Shown in pieces: positions 30,691-40,386 of a stretch of 64,000 nt of DNA. The position numbers and the translations under genes were made by a program. Source of the stretch: Pyrodictiaceae archaeon (GTDB lineage: Archaea; Thermoproteota; Thermoprotei_A; Sulfolobales; Pyrodictiaceae); the NCBI GenBank assembly GCA_027036135.1, contig JALVSY010000007.1:708880-772879 (forward strand), given 5' to 3'. The stretch's first letter is position 1. Each line of letters begins with the position of its first letter. The notes beneath the pieces were generated by a model. It did not search any database and was not told where the DNA came from. It worked only from the letters and a program-made list of their open reading frames with translations.

Positions 30691-31572
30691 TTGATCCTCT
30701 TTGACTGGGGCACCTATAACGGGCTCACCACCTTGGTGAAGGCTGCTACTCTCGGCATGAAGCTCACCGAGATACCGCCCTACGACTTCTCTAGGCGTAG
30801 TAGGAGGCTCGAGTACTTCCAGCAATACCGCGAGCTAGCAACTAAGGCGTTTACCACTATAACTGCTCACGCGCCCTACTATAACGTTGTCTCAACGGTC
30901 CCCGAGGTCTATGAGAGGAGTAAGAAGGCCCTAGTAGCTGCTGCGAAGAAGGCTAGGGAAGCTGGCGCCGAGATATTCAACCTGCACCTTGGCTGGAGAG
31001 CGTGGATGGATAACCGCGATATAGAGCAGGCAGCTGAGGTCGTGAAAGCTATCCTGGACGAGGTACCCGACATAGTTGTTACGCTCGAGACTATGTATTC
31101 TAGGAGAATGCTGGGCACCTTCGATGATATCAAGGCGATAATAGAGACAGTGGGTAGTGACAGGATACAGATATCGACTCAGCTAGAGAACGTGTTTATG
31201 CTGGAGACTGGTGCTGCTGAGCACGGTAACTTCGAGGCAGCTAATAGGAGCGTTGATGAGACCTTCTGGAGAAACGTTCTCCAAAAGACGCTGAGCCTTA
31301 GCACGAAGTACCTATCGCTTAGGTTCTCCCAGGTGGTGGGCTTCGCCCTTGGGAGAAGAGTGCTGAAGAAAAGGGTGCCGCTTGGCAAGGGCTATCCAGA
31401 CCTAGAGCCCTTGGCGAGAGCACTGGCGGATTTCATGGTGCACGAGATAAGGGAGAAGAACCTTGAGATGAGGATGCACCTAATCTACACGGGGCCCCCG
31501 GAGACTAAGTACCGCGACACAATAATGCTCTACGCAAAGGTGATGAGCGAGGTAGTGCCTCATCTCCACTAA
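30691..31572 (+). CDS. TIM-barrel protein, AP endonuclease family 2/xylose-isomerase-like (divergent)
   Basis: HAPYYN, NLHLG and TLETM match the family, but the later metal ligands look degenerate. Confidence 0.65.
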   Translation: MILFDWGTYNGLTTLVKAATLGMKLTEIPPYDFSRRSRRLEYFQQYRELATKAFTTITAHAPYYNVVSTVPEVYERSKKALVAAAKKAREAGAEIFNLHLGWRAWMDNRDIEQAAEVVKAILDEVPDIVVTLETMYSRRMLGTFDDIKAIIETVGSDRIQISTQLENVFMLETGAAEHGNFEAANRSVDETFWRNVLQKTLSLSTKYLSLRFSQVVGFALGRRVLKKRVPLGKGYPDLEPLARALADFMVHEIREKNLEMRMHLIYTGPPETKYRDTIMLYAKVMSEVVPHLH

Positions 31573-31735
31573 CATAGCCTTTTCCCCGATACCATTCCCT
31601 GCCTCTGCAGCTAAACCACGGGGTACATAGGGAGCCACTCTATCCCGAGCCTAGTCAGGGAATTATTCAGGATACTTGATTCCTTGTAAAGAAGACCAAA
31701 ACATGGCTAGCTAGTGAGGGGAGCCCAGAGGAGCC

Positions 31736-33553
31736 TTGGCAAAGCCTCCTAGTACTAGGCTTCGGCCCCGTAAGTATCAGTTAGAGGCCTATGAGTGGGC
31801 TCTGCGTGTTCGTCGTGGAGTAGTGGTGCTGCCTACCGGTACTGGTAAGACGCTTGTCGCTGTGCTCTGGGCGAAGAAGCTCCTAGAGAGCGGTGGCGCT
31901 AAGAGGGTATTGTTCCTCGAGCCTACGAGGTTCCTTGTGGAGCAGGTTGCTAGGTATATTCGCTGGGTCTCGGGCCTAGAGGCCGAGGCTGTTCACGGTG
32001 CTGTTCCCCGCGGGGAGAGGGATAGGAGGTGGAGAAGCCAAGTAGTGGTTGCTACCCCTGAGATTGTTCTAAGTGACTGGGATCTCGTAGAGAAGAACCC
32101 CGTTGACGCCGTTGTTGTTGATGAGTGCCACCATACTACTGGCAAGGATGCCTACAAGGAGGTAATGAAGAAGCTGAGAGGCGTTGAGTATCGGCTTGGC
32201 TTGTCGGCGTTCATTCCTAGGCATCGGAGGAGAGAGATAGAGGAGACTATTGGGGAGATAAGGGAGTGGAGCTGGTCTAGCCCAGATGTAGCCCCGTACA
32301 TCCCGCCATGGATAGGCGAGGTATACGAAGCCTCGCTGAACGAGGCCGAGCAGCGCCTCTACAACGCTCTCGAGGAGCTCAGTAACCGAGTGGCTGGTAG
32401 GCTACGGGGACTCGTAAGGAATGCTCTCCGCTGGCTAGTACGCGACGGTGCACTCGCCCTAAGGGAGAGCGCGGGGAAGCCGACACTGCTTGCCTCGCTT
32501 CTCAGCGAGCTAAGAGAACTAATAGGTGACCCGGGGGTAAGGCCTAGTCACAAGACCGAGCCCTTCAAGAGGATACTACGGGACCACGAGGGCTACTACT
32601 CCAAGGCAATAGTATTCATAGACCGTGTGGTTGTTGCCCGGCACGCCTGCGAGGAGGCCAAGAAGCTGGGCTATACCTGCGCCCTCATCCGGGGAAGGAT
32701 GCGGGGCCCCGAGCTAAGGAAGGCGCTGGAGGAGGCGGCAAGGCCCGAGACAAGAGTAATCGTTTCAACCTCTGCTGGCGAGGAAGGCATAGACCTGCCT
32801 GATGCCGATCTCTTAGTGATGTGGAGTATTACTGCCTCTCCTCTACGCTTCATACAGCGCCACGGGAGAGTGCTTAGGGCTAGGGAGGAGAAGCCCCGTA
32901 AGCCGCGCGTGGTGGCCTACATTGTTACGCTCGACACCGTTGATGTTGATAGCTTTGTCGACGCTATAGAGACTGCTAGGAAGATAGGCGTTGATGTACC
33001 TGTTGACCCTGGCGTCGTGGAGGCTCTTTGGCGCCGCACTACCCGGAGCCGGATAATAGCAGTGCTCGAGGGGAATCCAATGACAATAGAGCTGCTCATA
33101 GAGGCTCTCGGCATGCCGCGCGATAGGCTGGAGCGCGACTTGCAGAGGCTTATGCAGAGAGGCGAGGTAGTCTACATCTATACAGCAATAGGCAAGGTCT
33201 ATGCATATAGCGGCGACATAGAGCTATTGGAGGAGAGGTTCCCAGAGTACCTTAGCCCAGAGAAAGGCGCCAAGGCCAGGGCGAAGTACGTTGCTCAGGG
33301 CACTAGTAGGTGGAGCCGGGCAATTAGCGGTGACTACGAGCAACTATATGCCCGCCTATCAAGGGTTGTTGAGAAGACTCCTATCGAGAGGCTACTAGCG
33401 AGCCTAGAGGTTGACACGGGTAAGGGGCTCGTGAGGCTAGTGAACCTACACTATACCTTCCTCATAGACGAGGAGGAGAAACTGGGGCTAGTACTGAGGA
33501 ATGCTTTCTCGGTGCCACGGATAATAAGGGAGCTGGGCACCCTTCCCTCATAG
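31736..33553 (+). CDS. SF2 DExH helicase (Hef/Mph1-like) with a C-terminal wHTH region
   Basis: YQ motif, PTGTGKT, DECHH, GLSA, TSAGEEGIDLP, FIQRHGR. Confidence 0.88.
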   Translation: MAKPPSTRLRPRKYQLEAYEWALRVRRGVVVLPTGTGKTLVAVLWAKKLLESGGAKRVLFLEPTRFLVEQVARYIRWVSGLEAEAVHGAVPRGERDRRWRSQVVVATPEIVLSDWDLVEKNPVDAVVVDECHHTTGKDAYKEVMKKLRGVEYRLGLSAFIPRHRRREIEETIGEIREWSWSSPDVAPYIPPWIGEVYEASLNEAEQRLYNALEELSNRVAGRLRGLVRNALRWLVRDGALALRESAGKPTLLASLLSELRELIGDPGVRPSHKTEPFKRILRDHEGYYSKAIVFIDRVVVARHACEEAKKLGYTCALIRGRMRGPELRKALEEAARPETRVIVSTSAGEEGIDLPDADLLVMWSITASPLRFIQRHGRVLRAREEKPRKPRVVAYIVTLDTVDVDSFVDAIETARKIGVDVPVDPGVVEALWRRTTRSRIIAVLEGNPMTIELLIEALGMPRDRLERDLQRLMQRGEVVYIYTAIGKVYAYSGDIELLEERFPEYLSPEKGAKARAKYVAQGTSRWSRAISGDYEQLYARLSRVVEKTPIERLLASLEVDTGKGLVRLVNLHYTFLIDEEEKLGLVLRNAFSVPRIIRELGTLPS

Positions 33554-33607
33554 CGACGAGTGCTTATACCTAGGAGGCTCTGCTTCAGGTTGTGGGGAGA
33601 AAGAGGT

Positions 33608-33853
33608 GTGCCTGAGCAGCGGCTAGGCTCCGAGACTATTAGGTCCCTCGTATCGCTAGTACTGGGGCTAATCACTCTGTACCTTGGTTACCGGTTCTTC
33701 ATGTATAGCTTGAGCTTCCTCGCGGCCGAGCCGCCACGAGTCACTGCCGGGCTCATGGCGGGCCTGGCAGGGTTCACGTTCACAGCTGCTGCTGTAACCC
33801 TCTTACGGGACTGGATAATAGTTGAGAAAGCTGGGCGGAGCGAGAAGAGCTAG
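33608..33853 (+). CDS. Small two-TM membrane protein
   Basis: GAGGT RBS before GTG and two hydrophobic helices. Confidence 0.6.
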   Translation: MPEQRLGSETIRSLVSLVLGLITLYLGYRFFMYSLSFLAAEPPRVTAGLMAGLAGFTFTAAAVTLLRDWIIVEKAGRSEKS

Positions 33854-33901
33854 GCTTCCTCTCAACCAGCGGCTCCTTATCACTACCTGGCTGCGGCTAG
33901 T

Positions 33902-34255
33902 TTAGTCCTGCTTGGCTGAGGGCCCGCATTCGAGCACCGTCTCTGACTCTATCTCGACAGCGCCGTGGACTCCGCGGAGAATAACTCTCACCCTTTCAGG
34001 CTTTGCTGCCTCGCAGATGTCGCGGGCTATCCTACTGGTTATGTGCTCCTGGTAGTCCCGTGTGTTCTTGAAGCTCTCCAGGTATTCTTGGAAACTATAG
34101 GCCCCCACGTACAGCTTCTCACTACTGGGTACGTACTCAACGAATACCTCGTAGCGATCAACTAGCCCCGTTAGCGGGCAAACAGCATCAAACACGCTTC
34201 GCAGAGTCACCTTGCCTGCCCCGTCCTCTATACGGATAGTTTTTATACTCACCAT
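33902..34255 (-). CDS. queF-L: QueF-like (QueF-L) T-fold amidinotransferase, crenarchaeal archaeosine synthesis
   Basis: 117 aa from ATG 34255. CPLTGLVD catalytic Cys/Asp, VEYVP and YQEH match the QueF-L pattern. The track ORF is over-extended. Confidence 0.8.
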   Translation of the reverse strand: MVSIKTIRIEDGAGKVTLRSVFDAVCPLTGLVDRYEVFVEYVPSSEKLYVGAYSFQEYLESFKNTRDYQEHITSRIARDICEAAKPERVRVILRGVHGAVEIESETVLECGPSAKQD

Positions 34256-34430
34256 TTTACTCGCCCCGTGGAGGCTTTGTGGCCTAAACCTACCAGGGGA
34301 TAAAACTAGCGCCCATAGCTGCACAAGTGAGGGCAGGGCACTCTTACCCCGGAACCCATTATGCCACGTTGTGGGAGAGGTACTGATAAGGAGGGGTTCT
34401 CGGAGAGAATATGGTTCCCGGGCATGGATT

Positions 34431-35396
34431 GTGACGAGTGCTGGAAGCAAGATTAGCGCTATTATCAGGGTTAGTAAGCTTGCTGACCGGGTTCTTGGTG
34501 AGGTCTCGAAGGTTGTATATGGCCTCGAGAACGAGACAAGGATTATTCTTGCATCACTTATTGTTGGCGGCCATGTTCTTATAGAGGGTGTGCCCGGAGT
34601 AGCTAAGACTACTCTCGCAAAAGCTATTGCATCGTCTCTTGACCTAAAGTTTAAGCGTATACAGTTCACCCCGGATCTCTTGCCAAGCGATATTATAGGT
34701 ACCTTAATATTTGATCAAAGGACCGGTGAGTTTAGGCTACGCAAGGGACCGATATTCGGCAACATAGTGCTTGCCGACGAGATTAACAGGGCAAGCCCAC
34801 GGACACAATCAGCACTACTAGAAGCGATGCAGGAGAGACAAGTAAGCATCGAGGGTAATGCGCTCCGCCTCCCGGAGCCTTTCATGGTCATTGCTACCCA
34901 GAACCCCGTGGAGCTGGAGGGTACCTTCCCGCTCCCGGAGGCGCAGCTAGACAGATTCCTTGTCAAGGTGCCTATTCGTAGACCCGGCCGCGGCGTGCTG
35001 AAGAGGGTTCTGAAGAGTCTTCGCGTCATAGAGCAGTGGCCGATAAGCCCTGTAGCTGGTGCAAAGGATGTACTAGAGGCCCGGGAAGCCGTGTGGAGTG
35101 TTGAGGTCTCCGAGCCCGTTATCGACTATATAATCGACCTCGTGGATGCTACTCACGAGTACCCCGGAGTAGAGCTCGGCGCTAGTCCCCGCGCAGCTAT
35201 TGCTTTACAACAACTAGCCAGGGCACTAGCAGCCATGGCCGGCCGCGACTACGTTATACCAGATGATGTGAAGGTTGCCGCGAGGTATGTGCTACCGCAC
35301 CGCATAGTATTAGCCCCGGAGGCCGAGGCTGAGGGGCTTACGCCCGAGGCCGTGGTTGGGAGCATTCTCGAGAAGACCCGCGTGCCCATACCCTAG
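34431..35396 (+). CDS. moxR: MoxR family AAA+ ATPase
   Basis: [42 protein letters not shown] and [22 protein letters not shown]. Confidence 0.95.
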   Translation: MTSAGSKISAIIRVSKLADRVLGEVSKVVYGLENETRIILASLIVGGHVLIEGVPGVAKTTLAKAIASSLDLKFKRIQFTPDLLPSDIIGTLIFDQRTGEFRLRKGPIFGNIVLADEINRASPRTQSALLEAMQERQVSIEGNALRLPEPFMVIATQNPVELEGTFPLPEAQLDRFLVKVPIRRPGRGVLKRVLKSLRVIEQWPISPVAGAKDVLEAREAVWSVEVSEPVIDYIIDLVDATHEYPGVELGASPRAAIALQQLARALAAMAGRDYVIPDDVKVAARYVLPHRIVLAPEAEAEGLTPEAVVGSILEKTRVPIP

Positions 35397-35464
35397 CACT
35401 CTGTCCCCGTGGATGCATAACGGGGGCTCCTTATCGCTGAGCTGCGAACTATTCTCGGCGTACT

Positions 35465-36490
35465 TTGCTACGGAAGAGTTTTTCTAGAATACATATCACT
35501 ACAATAAATCGGTGTATTTACCGTTTGGTTATCGAAGCGCGCGAGATAGTATCAATGATCAAGGATAGTATGGAGCAACGAGGCTTACCATTACCCGTTA
35601 GCCGGGAGGCCATCTACGAGTGGAGCCGTGGCCTAGGTCTTCCGTCCAGCGGTGATTACCTCCTCTATACTGGTGGCTTGTACCAGCTCCTCCCCTATAT
35701 TGAGAGCCTTGTTATCCAGCTGGAGAAGGTTGGGAAGAGCAGTGTTGGCGGCTTCGCCCTAAAGCTCGCCAAGAAGGTCATGAAGGTTGTTGATGTCTCT
35801 AAGCTGGTTAGCAAGCCCGATAAGGAGGCCAAGAAGTACAGCGAGCAAGTCCTACAGAGCATAGCTCGGCTACTCTCGGCCGCGAGTATAAGCTTCTACT
35901 ATGACCCCGAGCTAGACGGGTATAGTGGTGCTCTTCTCTACGACATGGGTCTCCTCAAGAGCTTCCGGAGACACGCAGAGAGAGTCTACGAGGCGTTCAG
36001 GTCACGTGGAGTAAGGAGAATAGTCACCATCGACCCCCATACCACACATATGCTTCGCTCAGTCTACCCCAAGGTCCTGAGCGGCTACGAGCTAGAGGTT
36101 CGCTCCTACCTAGAGCTATTAGCAGAGAACCTTGACAAGCTCCGCTTCAAAACGAGTAGTGCCGGGCCAGTCGTTATCCACGACCCATGCCTCTATGCCC
36201 GCTTCGAGAACGTCATAGAGGAGCCTAGGAAGCTACTAAGCGCCGCTGGCTACGACGTCAAGGAGCCGCGCAGGAGTCGCAGGCTAACATACTGCTGCGG
36301 CGGCCCAGTAGAGTCCCTAGCACCAAGCCTCTCAAAGAGAATAGCTATGAACAGGGTAGAGGAGCTAATGGAGTACGCTAGCACAATAGTGACCCTCTGC
36401 CCTATCTGTTATGCTAATCTCCACCGTGTCGCTCCGAGGAACGTGCGCGTAGCGGATATCTCGGTACTGCTCTCCGAGAGGCTTGAATAA
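35465..36490 (+). CDS. CCG-domain Fe-S oxidoreductase (LutA/GlpC-like)
   Basis: HDPCLYAR, YCCGGP and TLCPICYANL. In an operon with lutB. Confidence 0.8.
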   Translation: MLRKSFSRIHITTINRCIYRLVIEAREIVSMIKDSMEQRGLPLPVSREAIYEWSRGLGLPSSGDYLLYTGGLYQLLPYIESLVIQLEKVGKSSVGGFALKLAKKVMKVVDVSKLVSKPDKEAKKYSEQVLQSIARLLSAASISFYYDPELDGYSGALLYDMGLLKSFRRHAERVYEAFRSRGVRRIVTIDPHTTHMLRSVYPKVLSGYELEVRSYLELLAENLDKLRFKTSSAGPVVIHDPCLYARFENVIEEPRKLLSAAGYDVKEPRRSRRLTYCCGGPVESLAPSLSKRIAMNRVEELMEYASTIVTLCPICYANLHRVAPRNVRVADISVLLSERLE

Positions 36491-36492
36491 CC

Positions 36493-37704
36493 ATGAGCGT
36501 GAAGAGGATTACCTATAAGGAGGCCCTAGAGGAGATCTGCAAGGGTCTTGGCGACGAGGAGTTTCAGAGAGGGCTGCGCACTGGTGTCCGGAACGCTGAG
36601 GGTAAGTTCCTGAAGATACTTGATGCTCACCCCGAGCTACGCGAGCTAGCCAGCATGGTTGAGGATGCGAAGAAGAAGGTAATAAGCAACCTTGAGCACT
36701 ACATAGACATGGCCATGGAGTCTCTCAAGAAGGTCCACGCTAAGCCATACTTCGCCCACACAGCCGAGGAGGCTCGAGAAATAGTAGCGAAGATAATTGG
36801 ACGAGGCAAGACAATAGTCTTCTCCAAGAGCATGGTTGCCGAGGAGATCCAGCTCCAGCACTACCTAGAGGAACTCGGCAACGAGGTATGGGAGACCGAT
36901 ACAGGTGAATTCCTCATAAGGCTGGCAGGCAGCAAGCCAATGCACACCACCGCGCCAGCAATCCACTTGTCTAGGCAGAAGGCCATAGAGCTTCTACGAA
37001 AGAAGCTCGGAATAAAACTCCCCGACAACGCTATGCACGAGGAAATAGTGGGCGCGATAAGGAAGTTCCTCAGAGAAAAATTCGCCAAAGCAGACATAGG
37101 CATTAGCGGTGGCAACGCGCTCGCAGCCGACACGGGCTCAATAATACTCGTCGAGAACGAGGGCAACATCCGCCTCGTCACAGGGTACCCGCCAGTACAC
37201 ATCGCGGTAATAAGCGTAGAGAAAATACTGCCAACATTCCCCGTAGCACTAGCAGCAGCAATAGTACAAGCAGCATGGGCGGGCCTCTACCCACCAACCT
37301 ACCTCAACGTGATAAGCGGGCCAAGCTCAACCTCGGACATAGAGAGGAAACGCGTCTACGGGGCACACGGGCCACAGGAAGTTCACGTAGTACTAGTAGA
37401 CAATGGCCGAGTCGAAGCGGCCAAACACCCAGTACTAAGCGGGCAACTCAAGTGCATAAAGTGCGGTAGATGTCAATGGGAGTGCCCAGTGTGGCAACAA
37501 ACAGCAAACCTCTGGGGAGGCCCAGTCTACGGTGGCCCAATGGGAATGGGCTGGACAGCCATAACACTAGGCCTACGAGACGCAGCAGAACTAAGCATGT
37601 TATGCCTAGGCTGCGGAAGATGCGATGAAGTCTGCCCAGTCCACGTACCCCTATCAAGCATAATCCACTGGCTAAAACAACAATACACCGGCGAAGGAGA
37701 ATAA
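36493..37704 (+). CDS. lutB: LUD-domain Fe-S protein LutB/LldF (lactate utilisation)
   Basis: SKSMVAEEI, ETDTGEF, ENEGN, GPSSTSDIE, GAHGP and two CxxCxxCxxxCP clusters. Confidence 0.9.
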   Translation: MSVKRITYKEALEEICKGLGDEEFQRGLRTGVRNAEGKFLKILDAHPELRELASMVEDAKKKVISNLEHYIDMAMESLKKVHAKPYFAHTAEEAREIVAKIIGRGKTIVFSKSMVAEEIQLQHYLEELGNEVWETDTGEFLIRLAGSKPMHTTAPAIHLSRQKAIELLRKKLGIKLPDNAMHEEIVGAIRKFLREKFAKADIGISGGNALAADTGSIILVENEGNIRLVTGYPPVHIAVISVEKILPTFPVALAAAIVQAAWAGLYPPTYLNVISGPSSTSDIERKRVYGAHGPQEVHVVLVDNGRVEAAKHPVLSGQLKCIKCGRCQWECPVWQQTANLWGGPVYGGPMGMGWTAITLGLRDAAELSMLCLGCGRCDEVCPVHVPLSSIIHWLKQQYTGEGE

Positions 37705-37754
37705 GAAGCAAACAACAAAGCCAACACTGATTCTATGTTTTATTCCTTGATGCT

Positions 37755-38783
37755 TTACTTGATTCTTAGCCTACTAGCTGCTCTATGATATATGGGGTCA
37801 AGGAAGCGATAGTCTTGTATTATGCTTAACTTTTCCAGTTTTTTTATGATCCTCGTTAGCGTTGATTTGGGCACAGTAACTCCCTCTTTCTCTTCAATAT
37901 ATCTCCTTACCGATGACCAGGTGCTTGCTCCCTCAGCTATGGCCTTTAGAACTAGTTTCTCACGAGGACGCAGGTTCTCTAGCTCTTTAGCTGCTAGGTT
38001 TATTACAGCATCAAGTATTCGGTTGAAATCCCTTACTCCATCGATATATGATTTTCCGAAGTACACGAGCCAGCCAACAATACCATCGAAGATGTTAACA
38101 GCCTTTTCTATAAGATCCTTACTGGGTCTTATCCCTTGTTCCATGAATCCCTTTTCTAGGAAGTCCCTTGACATTTGTGGAGTAAAGCGCTCTACTAGGA
38201 GCTCTAGCGCATATCGCCCGTAAAGAGGTGAATCAGGATTATCTGTACCAATGAACTCTCTTAGTAGCCCTATCTCCGAGCCACTTAGTACTATGGTTAT
38301 GTTCTCGAGGTTATCATATGCATAGGCTATTGCGCGTTTTACCTCAATTGATATTGGCGGTCTTATTAGCTGAGCCTCGTCAAACACAATTATTATCCTC
38401 TTGTCATGCTTATTAAGTTCCTCTAGTAGCCCTACGAGGCTTATTGAGTCTCTACCACGCCAACGTATCTCAACCTCGGCACCAAGAACACGTATACCCC
38501 TGATACTTTTCACTATATCCCTTAGCTTACCAAGGTGAGACGTAATACCGTCACTTATCCTGCTATAGAGCTCAGCTAAGCTACTTACACCCCTCATATC
38601 TATGTAGATTCCGCGCCACTCCTCAAGAAATGATCGAAGAAGCGAAGTCTTACCGATACGCCTTATACCAAGAACAAGCACTAGCGGCTCTCCGCGCTCT
38701 GCAGCACGGTCTAGTAATGTAAGCTCCTTCTCTCTGTCAAAGAGTTCTAGCCTAGACGTCTTAGGCCGGGGATCAAAAAGCAC
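37755..38783 (-). CDS. Archaeal AAA ATPase (COG1672-type) with C-terminal wHTH
   Basis: LFDPRPKT, LFDREKE, GIRRIGKTS, FDEAQ, SGSEIG, PLYGR and KSTLTRIIKKLEK. GTG start at 38783. Confidence 0.9.
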   Translation of the reverse strand: MLFDPRPKTSRLELFDREKELTLLDRAAERGEPLVLVLGIRRIGKTSLLRSFLEEWRGIYIDMRGVSSLAELYSRISDGITSHLGKLRDIVKSIRGIRVLGAEVEIRWRGRDSISLVGLLEELNKHDKRIIIVFDEAQLIRPPISIEVKRAIAYAYDNLENITIVLSGSEIGLLREFIGTDNPDSPLYGRYALELLVERFTPQMSRDFLEKGFMEQGIRPSKDLIEKAVNIFDGIVGWLVYFGKSYIDGVRDFNRILDAVINLAAKELENLRPREKLVLKAIAEGASTWSSVRRYIEEKEGVTVPKSTLTRIIKKLEKLSIIQDYRFLDPIYHRAASRLRIK

Positions 38784-38818
38784 AGTTCCGCACCGGAACT
38801 CAGTTCCGGTGCGGAACC
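38784..38818. promoter_or_regulatory. Nested palindromic operator: two AGTTCCG-N3-CGGAAC(T) sites forming a perfect 16-bp inverted repeat
   Basis: GTTCCGCACCGGAACT-C-AGTTCCGGTGCGGAAC, between an AT-rich TATA-like element (38820-38828) and the ATPase start codon. Confidence 0.8.
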
Positions 38819-39123
38819 AATAATTAAGATATCGGTAAAGATGAGGCAAAATACTACGTATACAACATGTCCATTAAACACAAGAATATTATAGCTCTAT
38901 CAATCATACTTACAATTCTTTATCGAGTTAGCCTCTAGTGTACTATAGATCCGATAGAAAGAATTTATTACTATTTAATCAATGTTCTGAGAAAACAATT
39001 CTGCTAGAAAGTGAACCTAGAAAGGGAACTAGAATTTAAAATATGATTGGAGGGATTTGGTAAGACAATGAACCAAACGAATTAATTATGACCAAAGATT
39101 CGCTCTAATGGATACCGTGCTAG

Positions 39124-40257
39124 CTAGAATATTAGTGGTAGTATGTCTCCTGCTCCTCCGTGGAATTTTCCGCGTATGTTTATCTTGTAGCCGCATCTCG
39201 GGCATTTGTTGTCCTTTGTTAGTCTCCACGCTATTATTGCGAAGCCTCTTCTCTCTATTACTTTGTAGCCGCATTGTGGGCAGTAGGTGCTTTCGAGTGG
39301 GTGTCCCCAGACGTTGCCTATGTATACGTAGTGTAGTCCTTGCTCCTTGGCTATCTTGGCTAGTTTCTCTAGTGTCTCTACGGGGGTTGGTGGTAGGTTT
39401 GTGAGCCGGTAGTCTGGGTGGAAGCGTAGTAAGTGGAATGGGGTCTCGGGGCCTAGGTTTTCTACTATCCACCTGGCTAGTCGGCGTACGTCTTCCTCCT
39501 TGTCGCCGTACTTGGGTACTACGAGGTTTGTTATCTCTATGAACCAGCCCTGTTTCTTCATCTCTAGGAGGGCATCATATATGGGTGAGGGATCTGGTAC
39601 TCCCATGAATTTTTTGTAGAACTCGGGGTTTCCTCCTCCCTTGAAGTCCACTGTTACACCGTCCATGTAGTTTCCTAGCATCCTTATTGCCTCTGGTGTC
39701 ATGTAGCCGTTGGTCACCATGACGTTGTATAAGCCTTTCTGCTTTGCCAGTTTCGCGACGTCGTACATATACTCGAAGAATATTGTTGGCTCGTTGTAGG
39801 TGTATGCTATCCCGTCCGCGCCGTACTCGAGGGCAGCCTCAACTACTTTCTCGGGGGGCACGTAGCGGCCATAGAGGCCTCGTTCTAGCCTTGACTGGCT
39901 TATTTCCCAGTTTTGGCAGAATTGGCAGAAGAAGTTGCAACCCACAGTGCTTATTGAGAGTACGCTGCTCCCGGGCTCGAAGTGGAAGAGGGGCTTCTTC
40001 TCTATGGGGTCAATGTTCATTGCCGTGAGTAGGCCGTAGACAAGGGTGTATAGTTTCCCGCCGATATTCTTACGGACGCCGCATACACCATACTTGCCCG
40101 GGGCTATTATGCAGCGCCTAGCGCAGAGGTTGCAGCGCACATAGCCCTTCTCGCCATGGTACTCCACTGGCTCCCATAGGACTGCTTCTCTCACGTAGGG
40201 CTTCTTTAGTAGCTCCTCGTTGCTCGGTCTCCTCTCCTCGCTTAAGCCTATGGCCAA
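39124..40257 (-). CDS. amrS: AmmeMemoRadiSam system radical SAM enzyme
   Basis: CNLCARRC...CGVR, DPIEKKPLFHF, GCNFFCQFCQNWEISQ, YTYNEP and C-terminal CPQC/CPRC. Confidence 0.93.
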   Translation of the reverse strand: MAIGLSEERRPSNEELLKKPYVREAVLWEPVEYHGEKGYVRCNLCARRCIIAPGKYGVCGVRKNIGGKLYTLVYGLLTAMNIDPIEKKPLFHFEPGSSVLSISTVGCNFFCQFCQNWEISQSRLERGLYGRYVPPEKVVEAALEYGADGIAYTYNEPTIFFEYMYDVAKLAKQKGLYNVMVTNGYMTPEAIRMLGNYMDGVTVDFKGGGNPEFYKKFMGVPDPSPIYDALLEMKKQGWFIEITNLVVPKYGDKEEDVRRLARWIVENLGPETPFHLLRFHPDYRLTNLPPTPVETLEKLAKIAKEQGLHYVYIGNVWGHPLESTYCPQCGYKVIERRGFAIIAWRLTKDNKCPRCGYKINIRGKFHGGAGDILPLIF

Positions 40258-40386
40258 GACATGTGTCCCCGAGTGTATAGGGGTTGTAGGAACTCTGTAT
40301 AAGTAACCCGAAGTACACTGGGCTGTAGATACTTTAACGACGAAGAGCAGGGGAGTAGATACCAGTACTGTTGCACAAGTTAGTAA

